Under the pieces are notes generated by a model that saw nothing but the letters and a program-made list of their open reading frames with translations, was not told where the DNA came from and did no database searches. A stretch of 62,923 nt of DNA, the filler included, from Choristocarpus tenellus KU-1152 (lineage: Eukaryota; Protista; Phaeophyceae): assembly GCA_964200185.2 (NCBI GenBank). It is 11 parts of 11 records of this genome, joined end to end, with 100 filler letters (N's around TTAATTAATTAA, not from the genome) between each part and the next. Parts side by side here need not be neighbours in the genome. Positions count along the whole stretch, not along the records: positions 21,459 to 27,458 come from CAXNAD020009200.1; positions 27,559 to 39,020 come from CAXNAD020002301.1; 9 more parts are not named here. One strand, 5' to 3'. The position numbers and the translations under genes are program-made. This document shows, in pieces, positions 24,800 through 37,333 of this stretch (its first letter is position 1; each line of letters begins with the position of its first letter).

Positions 24800-26484
24800 A
24801 TGGGCAAGCGTGGACGTAGCAGGAGCCCAAATGACTCTGATTCCTACTCGAAGGAGAGATGGAGTCGGAAGTCGGACAAGAAAGGGAAGAAGGTGAGCAT
24901 TTTTATAACTTGCAGCCTAAATACACAGCTCCCAAGGGAACGTGTCAAGACTTCGTGGACTGCTCCAGCTAAATTAGGACTCCCCAGGATCAAGTAGTGG
25001 ATACGGGTAGAACCCTGTGATCTTTTTATGCGCTCAGCATTTCTCTTTGCCATTCCTTTGGCAGGACTTTTTTTCAGGACTGTCTCACCTCGTTTCGTAG
25101 ATTTACCAAATTTGGACACCCAATTCTTACCATATACTCTGACTTTTATGTGGCTCGGTATTTTATTTTCGAACCCATTGCATGCCTATTGCATCTTTCC
25201 CAACCTGTTAGTCCTAACTCGTGGCCTGCAACCACAGTATTGCTCGTACCCTACCCTGCACTTCTAGGTGTATTATAAACTTTAACACTTGAGTGATTGC
25301 CATGGCCTCCCCAGGATAAGAAGAAGAAGAGCTCAATAAGAAGATCAAGATCGGAATCGAGCTCGGCCTCGGCATCTCCATCCCCGGTACGAAAGGACCG
25401 ACGGACCCGCAGCCCCAGCAGAGACAGCGAAGAGAGACGACGGGGTAGAGAGGCTAGGTATGACCCTGTACCTTGTGCGAATGCAAGCTTGCTGTACCGA
25501 CCCACCAATTCGTTGCCATTAAGAATGCATGCGGTGGTTTGATGGATCATCCAGTTGTTGAACATCAGTCGAAAGAGCATTGTAAGGTCAAGGAGTTGCG
25601 CGTGATTCCTCTCACTTTCCTCGGCAATTTCTATTCAGGGAAGTGGTGGAACGGTTTGTTTTATGGGCGGGAATCTCGAGAATTTTGACACACACTCTCA
25701 TACCCGGACCTGGAACTCGCTGTTTCTGTTACTTTCTTCTTGTTTCTGCAGGCGTGCCAGGAAGTACGAGCAGAAGGTTCTATTGAGGAAGCAACAACGA
25801 CGTGACGCAGAGACTGCAGAAGAGAGAGCAGCCAGAAAAAACAAGTACAAGACCGAACATACAGCTCTTCATTTTGGGTGAGGGTGGGATAGATTGTGTG
25901 GGGCGATGTGCTTTGTATATCATAGCCACAGGGCTTCTAAAATGTGTGTGGAGACCACTGTGCCATTGGTGACGTACCAAGTCGTAAAGGGACTGCATGA
26001 AAGGTGAAAGGTGTGGGTAGCCTGAGGAGGGTCATTGAAAACTTTTCCCTTTACATTTAGGATGTTGGTGTCCTTTTTGTGGGCGTATTGTGCGCAGTGT
26101 TGCTGTTTCGTATTGTTTGGGCGTGTGCTCACTCTGTGCTCTTCCTTTGTTGGTTGTATCCTACCCTAACCCTAACTCTAAACTCGAAGAATGCTGAAGG
26201 AGAACGGCACCCAGTCTTCTTGAGATATATATTTCCCTGTTGGCTTCTGTTTTACTTTGAACCCTGACCTCAACCCCAACACTGTCCCGAAAAATAATAG
26301 CGGCTCTAACCCTAAATCCGAACTATGCAGGTACACGAACGATGTGAACCCCTTTGGTGACTCAAATCTGACGGAGCAGTTCAATTGGAAGAAAAAGGCG
26401 GAAAAGGAGGGAACTTCTGACAAGGTCTTGACCAAGAAAGAGCTACGTGCAATTCAGAGCAAGAACGTGGAGGAGATTGAAAAG
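24800..26484 (+). CDS. CACTIN: Cactin (spliceosomal factor), 5' part; exons 24800-24892, 25315-25457, 25752-25877, 26331-26484; 3' exons absent from the contig
   Basis: RS/K-rich N-terminus then GYTNDVNPFGDSNLTEQFNWKKK...EEIEK cactin signature; GT-AG junctions are phase-consistent. Confidence 0.88.
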
Positions 26485-27458
26485 GTGTGGCATGGATGAG
26501 ATACTGTTTGAGTTTTTTGCGATGTATTTTTAGGATATTTTTTTGGTTCCTCTTAGAAACATTTTTTTTTTATTACATAAGAATAAGTGTGCTAAAAGAA
26601 TACATAAAGAGAAGAAGGCAATACACAACGCTATGTGATTTGAGATTTTTGACTATATTTTTGTTTGTAGTACTACTATTGGTGGGGGCTTCTTGCTACT
26701 GCTGTGGCTTTGAGTTCATTCTTGAAGTGGTATGTTACATGTTCATTGTATTGTTTGAGGGTATACCTTAAGAGGGTCAACACCTGCACGCGTGTCTTTC
26801 CAGTTAAATCACGCTCTGTAATGTTCATTAGCGGGTCACTGACAAAGGAAGGACTACTAAATTGTGTCCCTGTTTGTAAGGCAGTTTGATGTGAGGGTAG
26901 ACAGCTGAGAGAGGTCATACATATACCTCAGGGGTGACTGGAAGTAAGCAATGGAGGAAGGGCGCTACATGAGAGGGGGGAGAGGGCAAGGAAATGGGGA
27001 AAGAAAGAAGGGGGGGAAATAAACATCAATATAGCGTGTGTGTTAAGCAGCTGTCCTTGATGATCTGTTGTCCCACACAACTAGTTGTTATTCTATTTAT
27101 TAGCTTGCACCAGAGTTGAGAAGAGAGTGAGACATCATCACCAGATGGGGTTCACCAAGCCTTACGGCGAAAAACCCTGTGATTCCGAGAGACCCAACAG
27201 TTCACTAGAACAGTTCAGGAACACTCCTACTCTTAACATTCCGCGGCAACTTTGTCTGATCAAATACCCTAACCCTAAACACCCCGAATGTCCCGCAACA
27301 TTGTTTGCATGTACATTCAATATGAGTTCGAATATTATATTATTCTCACAAATAGACAAGCATAATCTTGACGATGTGATAATTTGACCCCAATCCTACG
27401 TATGGAGTGGGAGTCGGTGCTGGGGTGGGGGGGGGGGGGGGGGGGGGGCCCCGGGGGG

Positions 27459-27558
27459 NNNNNNNNNNNNNNNNNNNNNNNNNNNNNNNNNNNNNNNNNN
27501 NNTTAATTAATTAANNNNNNNNNNNNNNNNNNNNNNNNNNNNNNNNNNNNNNNNNNNN
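27459..27558. other. Artificial contig spacer
   Basis: N44-TTAATTAATTAA-N44. Confidence 0.98.
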
Positions 27559-27568
27559 TTATTTGTTT

Positions 27569-27589
27569 TGGGGGGGGGGTGGGGGGGGG

Positions 27590-27631
<42 letters not shown>

Positions 27632-27752
27632 CTACACCAGAGTGTTCATTTGGCCCGAAATCTGACGTATGCAACCAAATCACCCGAAAATCGCGATATG
27701 ACCCCATTGACCCCAAATGGACAGCCGCCACCCCCCCCAGATGCTTTGAGCC
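27569..27752 (+). mobile_element. MITE family B copy with expanded poly-G
   Basis: Gn-TCTACACCAGAGTG...CCCCAAATGGACAGCCGCCACCCCCCCCAGATGCTTTGAGCC. Confidence 0.85.
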
Positions 27753-27836
27753 TGCTCCAAGGCACAGAATCATTCATACTCATGTTGTATACGTCACGCA
27801 TGAAGAGGCACCCTTTCCCAGTATTCCCTCTCTTAC

Positions 27837-30800
27837 CTGGACAGTGACTAGAGATATCTTGTTGTCTGAGAGGTAGAGCCTCGATATGGGGGGTTTGTGC
27901 CGGCAAAGGGCTTTGAGCACAGTCATCATGGGTGAGTTACCAGCCTTGTTTCCTGCCAGCTTGAGAATATGGAGTGAACACCCTTGAGAATAGTTTGGGA
28001 GAAGAACCAACCAGCAGGGTGGGCAGATGCTGAATGATTGATTGCATTGATGAAAGTTGTTGAGGCAGGCATATTGTGGATATGCATATGGCACTCGGTT
28101 CAGAGGTATTGGACGTTTTTCTATGTGATTGCATTGAAGAGGAGTATTATGTTCAGTAAGGTTCTTCCGTGGGAAGACCCAAAGCATTTTAGAGGGCTGC
28201 GTTCATTCGGGGTCATAAATCCAATGCTGCAATTTTAATTAATTTGGCTATCGTGTTTGTTAGCAATTGTCAATATCCTCGCTCTGGATGCACCTTTCAT
28301 AGCCATGTACATTTTAGGTAACTGTGTTCACACAGAAAACCGAAAAAGGCATAAAAAAAAACATGGGAATTCAAGCCCCGAACAGACAAACAGGGCAAAA
28401 CTCCTACCCTCTTAAATGCTTTGGGTCGAAGTTATGTTGTCATTTAGTTACCTCCTTGTTGTTCGTATCTTTTCATCAAGAGTCAGCAGTTCTCTATAAA
28501 ACGAAGATTCATGATCAAATAAGTTCAACCCTCCCGACCCTGTGGCAAGGCACATATGCACTAGGGTTTTTATGATGCATGAGAAAACGCGCTCTTGCCT
28601 AAGGCAAGGGGAAGATCACCCTTTGCAACAGTTAACAAGCATGAAGACCGTTGCTCACCTTTTGTCGCTGCATATCGGGCTATTGCTTCTGCCCCACTAG
28701 TCCCCATCCGATTCCCTGACATGTCAAGGGATGTGATTGTGCCCGCCCTCCCATAGAGCATTTCAAGAATTTTCTCTGAGGCCTCATCATCCAGGCCTGA
28801 ATCTGTAAGATCAACCTTCATTATCCGTGTGCGCATTTTTTTCTTGCATGTTCATTCATTCATCGCTGGAGTGTTGATCATGATCATGATCATGATTGTT
28901 TGAGCACATTGTTGAAAGTGAGGAAGGGGTATGATGCGCCACATCTGCAGGCAGGTCATTGATCAGTGCTCTTTAATTAAATATGGTTCCTTGGTGATCA
29001 ACTGTGAATGGACGGAGGAGTCAGCCTTAAGGGAGGTGGGGAGAGTCTGATTCATTTTACGTCAAAGCAATGGAAAAGGGATATTCCATGCCTGTGCAAA
29101 GAGCAGTAGATTCTCTCAACTTGTAAGTTACTTCAAATTACAACTATTTTTGTAATTGTTTACATTTGTCTGAGAGATCCCAAACCAGTGTTCAGAAGGA
29201 AGAGCAACGACAAAATGCTTGAAAAGAAATATATTCAAATGATGGAATACAACACGAAGTATATATAAAATTAAGAAATGGAGGAAAAACAATGTAGCTA
29301 TTGGTATGTAGGACAGTCAAGAGAAACGCAGGAGTGACATGCGCTAGTACCCAAATTCTTGGGATAGGGAGTTATTAATGTTGTCGAACATGAACAGGTC
29401 CAAGGGGAAATAAGGGAAAAGAGATAAAGATCAAATTAGGTGTCAAACCCAGTCTATCCAATATGAACACTACTCGTCACATGCCACATGAAGGAAAGAG
29501 GACCTGAAGATGCCTCACATCAACAGCAATACCAAGAATTGTAATGCACTGGAGGATCAAGAAGACGTTGGTATAGGACGAGTGTCTATTGTTTGGCAAC
29601 TCGCTCCTATTGGTCGATCTCTCACCTCACGGAAGGTGACTGGCACAGAGGCCATCATACTCTCAAGACATTGCACTCGAGATTCACCCAGGTAGTAGTG
29701 CCGTAGGACAATTCGCCCTTCTCGATTAGGTGTGTCATCAGGTGCATTAGTTTTTTCTTGTGTGGGTCCCTTAATGTGCCGTGTTTTGTGGCTTCCATTG
29801 CAAGGAGAAATGGTAGATCGTCCCTGTAGAGCCTCAGTGATGCTGTCACTCTGCCCTTGCCTTTGCCCTGATGTATTGAACAATTGAGTGTCTCCAGTGG
29901 CTGATTGCTGAGGGGACGTATGCAAGTGGAGTCCAGCATTGATTACAGGCACAGGCATCAATTGTTGCTCAGCGCAGCTCATAAGATAATCTCGACGAGG
30001 ACTTGAGGGGCGCTTCATTCTCCTGATCATGGTAAGGCATGGACACATAACCAGAAAGAGTGTAAACAGGGGTGGTAGACGGTCTCAGATGTTGCATTCT
30101 CAGCTGTTGCCAGCTTGTGAGGCTCTTTCAAAATGATATTGTTTTCTTCCACAAAGGGAGGAAAATATGATCACCTGCAGGCAATCATCGCAGGATCAGA
30201 AGGATCGCTGAGGTGTGGGACTTCAAATACCCAAGCTGCTGGAGGCAATGCAGCCTCGCTTGGTGTCTTCGGCCGGTCAATGGAGGTCCTGACGCCTGAT
30301 TGGTAAGCTTTTGCAGGTGTAGTCGCACAAACTAAGCCATTTTCTTGCCCTTTTGAACCATCAACATGAATTGTCTGTGGTTGATCAATCACCTCTACTG
30401 ATACGGATGGTTGGTTCTGATTGAACATCATTGCATTTAGGCAAGATTCTTGTTCACTGGCCAGAGATGTCCCCTTCTTCACAGAAGAAGGTGTGTTGAC
30501 TTTAACCGACAAATCAGTTGACCTCCTGCTATTTTCAGCCTTAGATCTGTGGGATTCCGTCTTCCTGGGTAACTGCATTCCATTACCACAAAGGAATGCA
30601 GTTTCACTTGGCTGAGGTTGAGCACGACTGGTAGAACTGTTTCCAGGGAGGCACAGTGGCTTCTGTGGCAAATACTTGATATTGGGCTGGCCATCAATGA
30701 AGCTTGATCCAATACCCTTCAAGGTTAATAGAGAAGGCATGACAGTGATTAAATTAGTCACAGCACATGTACACTCCAGGCTAACGAGCCTCCCAGAGCT

Positions 30801-32547
30801 TCTTGTAACCACTCTCAGAGATAAGCTAACACTCATGACTGCCAGGAATGAACGTTGAGAGTGAAGAGGAAAATGAAGAACTAGTATGTTCCCGCCACCT
30901 ATCTTCTCATCCACCTATCAAAGGCATTTTACTTGAGCATGCCATAATCAGGCAATTTCAATGTACACTAGGCTGGGATGTGAGGTTGTACATGAATAGT
31001 ATCTGTGTGCAGGAAAATATTTTGCATCTAGCATAATAGAGCTATTTTCAATGCTGGGAGGTTCATCTAGCCGGTCACTGAGATACTGGAACAAATGGTT
31101 TATGCTCACATGGCGACCCAAGACGTTGAAGGATGGACGTGAGAATTGAGGTGTAATGTCATTCTTGAATAGCTCGAAAAATTCTCCCCGTGCTGTTCCC
31201 TGCACATCTTTGAGCCAGTTACTATCCATTACGCTAGCCAGGTCCTCAAGCAGCCCATCGGATTCATCGGAGCTGTAGGATGCGGAAGAACTTGACGTGG
31301 ATGGGGTGGAGGAAGAAGATGAAGACAGTTCAAACCCATGGTCAACAACAAGAGATGAATTCACCAATTCATTGGGGTGTGAACGGACGGATGTGTATGA
31401 AGGGGAAGGCCTGATGGTAGCCGAACAAAGAGACGAGGGAGTATGAGAGAGTTGGTCGAGGGGAACTTGCTCGACTCCAAGTCCACCTCCACAAAATTCA
31501 CCAAGAGAAGCTTCATCCCTTCCGTGAGCAGTATTCCTTTCCAAATCGTTAGCTGTTAACTTTGGAGGAGTGATGCAGTCCCTCAGTACTGTATTGATGG
31601 GTGGAGATGCTTGTGGACTATCACTGCATACTGGCTCAATTTCAGCCTCTTCCCCTTCCCAGGTCACAGAGTTGCATTTCAAGAGACTCGCATTTTGATC
31701 GATGGAAACACCATCAGGATAACCCAGGGATCCGTGGGATGGTGCAGTGATTTTTTCGCTCATTGTCTGACCTGTACGAGAAAATGTTTTGCGTCGACCA
31801 AGCACTCTGTCAGTCACTATCAATTTGCGTATTGAGGAGATGTAGTCCCACAATATCTGCCACGGGGTGTGTGCAACAGAGTTAGAGTATCTCAAGACTT
31901 CTGTTTCTCTTACCAGTCACTTGGGTATTAATTTATTTCGTCGTGGACATTACTTTTCGTTTATGAGTCAAGCATGGGTTGTGGTGGTGTCCCTCTTCTC
32001 TCCCCGTACCGTCGCTTTGTTGATTTTGAACGTAGTCCCGAAGGTCGAGGTCCCTCCTGCGACTCTCCCGCATAATGAGTGCTGACGATAGAAGCTGTGC
32101 GTACTCTTCTTTGGCCGATATTGCTTGTACTTCAGTCTTTTCCAAGTCCATCTCTCCCGCTGGTGTTTCGTCCCAGTCAACAGGAGGATTTTCTCCGGAA
32201 AGAGGTAGAGGCTGTACTTGAGACCACAGCTTGGCTCGAGGGAATGGGTCATTGTAGGGATTTCGGGGCCTAGAAGGTAATCTGATCCTGCTCAGAGATC
32301 TCGTCGGACTATCTGGCAAGGTGTACACCTGAAGAAGAAAACATGCCCTGGGAGATGAGTCAAGATATTCCTACCACGTGTGCTTTCGCACAGTTAGCAA
32401 ACCAACAAACTTCACATTTAGACCTAAAGAATCTCAATAGGTAAATCAAAGTACCTTCTCCTGGTTCCCTGGACGGAGTGTCCTCTGGTCGCTTTTGTTG
32501 CCTCGCAAAGTCTGGGCCCGGGTTATCCAGGTTGACTCGTTCGACAT
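27837..32547 (-). CDS. Leucine-rich-repeat (RI-like) protein with a long Ser/Pro-rich N-terminus; 3' end beyond the contig; internal exon boundaries approximate
   Basis: ATG at 32547 with GT-AG exons; long ORFs 31933-32328, 30948-31895, 30171-30914, 29557-30048; LRR exons ITSLDMSGNRMGTSGAEAIA, LHILKLAGNKAG, ISRLYLSDNKI. Confidence 0.72.
28176..28427 (+). mobile_element. MITE family C, full length (252 bp), TSD GAA, in an LRR-gene intron
   Basis: GACCCAAAGCATTTTAGAGGG / CCCTCTTAAATGCTTTGGGTC; colinear with 16853-17103. Confidence 0.9.
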
Positions 32548-32792
32548 TCTCCTTGCAAATTGCAAAATCCTGGAAGCACGCGTTGGACTTGCATTTCGAT
32601 AAAATTTAAAGAACTTGTAATAAATTACTTCAAGTAATTTTTTTCAACAGACGTCACCATTTGTAACTGTTTTTTTTGCGGTAAACCGTCACGACCACAT
32701 ATTGCTGTAGCCAGCATCTGGGCCCTGGGGTGATACTTTGCTAAGGATCCGATGATCGAAGTGCTAGAAGAAGTGGGTTAGATACGTCGCTT
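32548..32792. promoter_or_regulatory. Probable bidirectional promoter
   Basis: 245 bp between divergent start codons; CpG retained. Confidence 0.5.
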
Positions 32793-33791
32793 ATGTCACG
32801 ATATGAGGACTCCCGTGCCATCTTGTCATCGCTTCACCTTCAGGTAAACATCGTGGTTTTATTGGCAGGGATCTTCACATTCGAGCACCGATGGATGTAG
32901 CTCAGGAGGATAAAAGAAAAACCGACCAATTGGATGCATTCCCTTGTACGACACTTTAAAGTCTCGCTCAACTTTGTTACACGAGTTCTGTTGTGTGTTG
33001 GCACCGTTGGTCACTTATCTCAACCCCAGGTTCTTCTGTACTTCAATGGATGGTTCAGCAGCTTCTTTTGTGGCTTCGCGATTTGTACCTACGTCTACAA
33101 AAGCTGGCGATACTACTATCCGAGTGGGACCCTGGAGATGGAGGTTAGGTGAGTTGCGCAATTGATGCATCATCATTTAGTTTTCTCAGTTATTCCTGAA
33201 ACACATTATTCGGTACTTGAGATGAAAGAATGTGATTCGTTTTCCTTTGATCCATTCTCAAATATTTTTTGCTCGGCACATTACCCCCTGCCATCCTCCC
33301 ATGTTTGAAACATTCAGCTTCATCTTCCTTTTTGCGGTTGTGGAGCACTGTCGTCTCTTTCTTGCTACAAAGGGAAACAAGACAGAACAGATAAATCCAC
33401 TACTCATGTAAGATGCATAGTTTGGATCTACCCATTCCAGTCTGCGTGGTTCTAATGCAGTAGGTACTGAAGTTGCGCAATTTCATATTTTAAGCAGAAT
33501 GCTACCAAAAAAGTACAGTAAATTAATATGGGGATGAAGTATCACTCACTAGATCAGAGACTTGTGTTCTCTCCATCCTGTACTCACAACACCCCCCTTG
33601 CCACTTGCCAAAACAGGTCACTCAGTCTTGCTGTGCCAGTGATAATATTGTACGTCTACTGCCTAGCTCTTCAAGTCTATGTTCTCCGACTGGATGTCAT
33701 ATTGTCAGTGATTGGAATTGTCTTCGTTACTTGTGAGGGCATCTTGAGTCTTGGAACAGCAGTTTCATTCTATAACTCTTTCCGAGGGTAG
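32793..33791 (+). CDS. TMEM216: TMEM216-like ciliary transition-zone membrane protein (TMEM17/80/216 family), 144 aa; exons 32793-32843, 33030-33148, 33318-33407, 33617-33791
   Basis: LSSLHLQVLLYFNGWF...VYKS..YYP...EHCRLFLATKGNKTE...LQVYVLRLD; four hydrophobic segments; exon phases consistent (435 nt). Confidence 0.88.
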
Positions 33792-34712
33792 TTAGTGCCT
33801 GCTATCAGAGAGTGTCTTGCCATCAGCAAACAGATCTCTTTGATAGACCCTATTGTGTTGATGGAGCCATGGCAGTTTCAGGGACGAATTCTTGGTGAAC
33901 CAAAACAAAACGTAGATAGTCTCTTGATGACAGGTTTCTTGTTTTAGGAGAAACAAAAAATACAGCCATTGCGACGTTCCTTGATCCTACTTGTTCCCAA
34001 CAAAATAATACTGTATTATCATACACGCTTGGTTGCTTAGGTATACCAACACATCACACAAACACACACACATCTAACTCCATAAATATCTTCTGTATCC
34101 TGTCCTATAATAGCCGACACTTGTTATGCACACTGCACACATGTATGGGGAGGAGTTTCACTTCTAGCAACTGGCAAGCAATCTCAGGATAGACAAAGCT
34201 CATGTCTACCTGCTTGTATGAATACTAGCCTCCAACTCTTGGCACTTGTACCTCCATCCCTGAATGTCTCCCTTGCCTTAGCATCAAATACAACAGTACT
34301 TACTTCCCTTCATACCACAGAAGAACGCCATGGGTGTGATTGGGAGACCCACACAAATCTGTGTGGGCAACGACACAATGTAGCAAGCAGCAATCAGGAA
34401 TTCCGGAACTCGTTTCAACTACCCAAACCCTACTATACCATGGTGCAAGGGCAACAGCATAACAAAAAAGTTAAGAAAGGAGAGACCTAAAGGGCAAAAC
34501 AAAAGTCACCTGTGTAAAAGTCGGTTGTGTTCGAGAAGTCCAAGAATCAGCCAATAAAAGCGCTTACCAATAATCATCTCTACTCAGGCGCTACCTACTC
34601 TACTGTTCAAGAACTCTCTCTCTCTCTCTCTCCTCGTACTGGTGGACTCTTCCCCTCTACAGACCAACTATCACCGGCAAGCTATCATTATTGTGTGACA
34701 CAACATCAAGAG

Positions 34713-37333
34713 TTACATGCGGAAATCAATTACGGCTACTGAACTTGTGGAGAAGCAGGCGGCAATGCGGTCCTCCCTGTGGTTCCATGCAACCTCAAAT
34801 ATATCCCCTTCTCCCTATAAAGGTAAGTAAGTGTGGCAGTTACATATGTCAGTGTCAGGGGGAATCAATCAGGTAAGGGGGCTCAAATTGTGGGGGATCA
34901 CAATGGCTGTACAGGTCTATCGTGGTGCACATGGTGATGAGAGATCACATAAAATTTCTACTGTGTAGGTGACTACAGGACCGGAAAAGATTCACTATAC
35001 TCGTGTTGAGTGCAAGAAGTCAACCCAACATCTCAAGTGAGCCTTTCATAGTTCTACTTTCGAGTGTCGTAAATGGGGGGGGGGGTGTCATTCATTTATG
35101 GGGAAGCGATACATACACAATAATACACACATGCATGTATATTTGGAAATGCCACTCAGATCTCAAAAGTATAAGGCGTGCTTCAAAAACATCCAGCAAA
35201 TGGCAAATTACAGTTAAAATGTTCTCGATCAATAAAAACACAAAGCAAACGGGCATGTACAGCGCACAAAGCGAGCCACAGAAATTACCGTAAGAAACTT
35301 CGAGCATAGTATACTGCGTGCAAACGCGCGAGGTGTCTGAAAAATCTGATCCAACCCCTACTCGAGATCTTCCATGTCAGTAGTTTTTGCTGTTCAATTG
35401 AGTCGTAGTGACTTAGTGTGATCCGCAACAGTGGTACAACAGTGGTACAACATGGCACATAAAAGTTAAACATACAAAGTGTCCTTAAAAGTTGTACTGA
35501 GAAAAAAATATATAAAACCACATGGTGATGACAAAATCAGTTCCAACCAACCAAGACAAATAGTAAAATATGGTACATTTTTTTTCCAAAAAGTGTCTCT
35601 CATGATGACGACAATCTCCACGCAGTTGCACCTGATAGCTCTTGATGAGTGCACCATCCTTCACGTTCCAGACGTACAAGTGTCCTGCAAAGGACCCGCT
35701 CACTAGGTAATCTCCTATAACACACACAAGATAAGAAGCACATTAATGAAATGGCAAGGAAAGATGGAGCAGAGTTCAATCGCAGGCGTATCCAACAATT
35801 CGTGACAATATAAAAGAGGTGGTTGTGAAGACCTCAGCCCTTACCATAGGGCCTCCTTTATCTTTCCCTTGAGAACATGAAACCACCTCTACAAGGGTTG
35901 CATGACACAAGGAACAAACTTCATCTTCTCCCCTGACACGCCCCTCTCCCCTCCCCTGCCTGCCTGTCTCCACAAACACCACAATACAAAAAAAAAAATC
36001 CACTTTGGTAGAGTTAACAAAGTTTAACCACTTTTCAGAGCGCACTGTGCATCACAAGACAAAACAATCAAACCAAACAACAGCACTCTCTCCCTAAGAG
36101 TGTACCACATGAACCACACACACACACACACACAAAAAAAAGAAAACAAGAAATGCAAAAAAAAAGGGCAGGAAGATAATAATAATAAAAAAAACTGTCA
36201 GAACCCCTGCCTCGGAACGATAGCAATAATAACAGAGCCAGTCCCTCCCTCTCCCCCTCGGGACAGAACTACCCAATATTCTCCTGCAAAGTATCACACC
36301 AAGTAAGTCCTTTTTGTCTCTCTTACCAGAGGGGCTAAAGGCCACGCTGTACACAGGATCCTCGTGTCGAGCCAGGGTGGACACTACCTTCCCGACCTCC
36401 ACATCCCAGAGCTTTACAGTGGCATCAAAGGATGCGCTGGAGCACACCGAAATCATGACAATCGCATGACAGTTGCCCCGCCCACCCCCACCAAGACAGA
36501 CAGAAAGGAGTTGGAGGAGAGGTAGGAGGCAAGTGTGGAGGTACTTGATTCAGCAACTGCAACACAAGTGTGGTCGTTATTTCATGCATGAGGCAGAAGG
36601 TGGAAGGCCAAAAGGGGAGACCAATGATTGCGCGATGGTGATGTGGGGGGGGGGGGGGCAAAGCCAGAGTGGAGGAAAAATTAAAAAAGTAGACTTGATA
36701 TCTTCGAAGAAGCTTTCGTTTCAATACGCACAGAAAGAAAAAAAAAAAATCAAGATTGAGACTCTTCAACTCAGATGTAGCACCACGCACTATGGAGGTT
36801 TGCTGTTGGTAAAACAAAGAGAATCCTCGACATGCACTTAAATCACCTCTGTACACCCAATCAAAAGCAGTGAAAAAATAACGCATAATCCCGGGGGAAA
36901 TGGGGGGGGGTGGGAAGGAAGAAAGGGGAGGGATTTTTTATTCTTCACTTCAATCAACCCGCAGCAGATATCCCACTCTACAAAACAGTCAAGTTTACAG
37001 GCCATGATGGCGCATGACTGACACAACCCAGACAAGTAGCTCGCTCCAGCACTCACAACACAACTCAAGCAACAGGGAGTGTCAAAACCCATACACAGCC
37101 AAATGCAAATAAGTCAATTCGCCCGCTCCTCCCCCCCCCCGGCGAACACTTGTGAAGTCCACCTGCCATCATCCCTAGACCAGCGCAAGACCGCTCCACA
37201 CAAAAAGACAAGAAAAGGTACACCTTGCCAGGAGAGGTTTCCTTTCCGGTCTTGGGCTCCACTTGATAGTGTATATTTCCTTGGTGTGTTCTTCCAAGCT
37301 ATGCACGCACGACGTTTGCCCCATCTTCCATAT
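34713..37333 (-). CDS. TBL1X: TBL1/TBL1XR1/HOS15-type WD40 corepressor, 3' part; exons 37333-37224, 36436-36327, 35714-35632, 34814-34713
   Basis: HTKEIYTIKWSP, LASASFDATVKLWDV, HEDPVYSVAFSPSGDYLVSGS, DIFEVAWN...IDFRM*; phases consistent. Confidence 0.93.

Noticed and set aside
32690-32720. RFX X-box in the TMEM216 promoter
   Set aside because: ATTGCTGTAGCCAG is a poor match to the consensus, and RFX control is not established for this inferred lineage.
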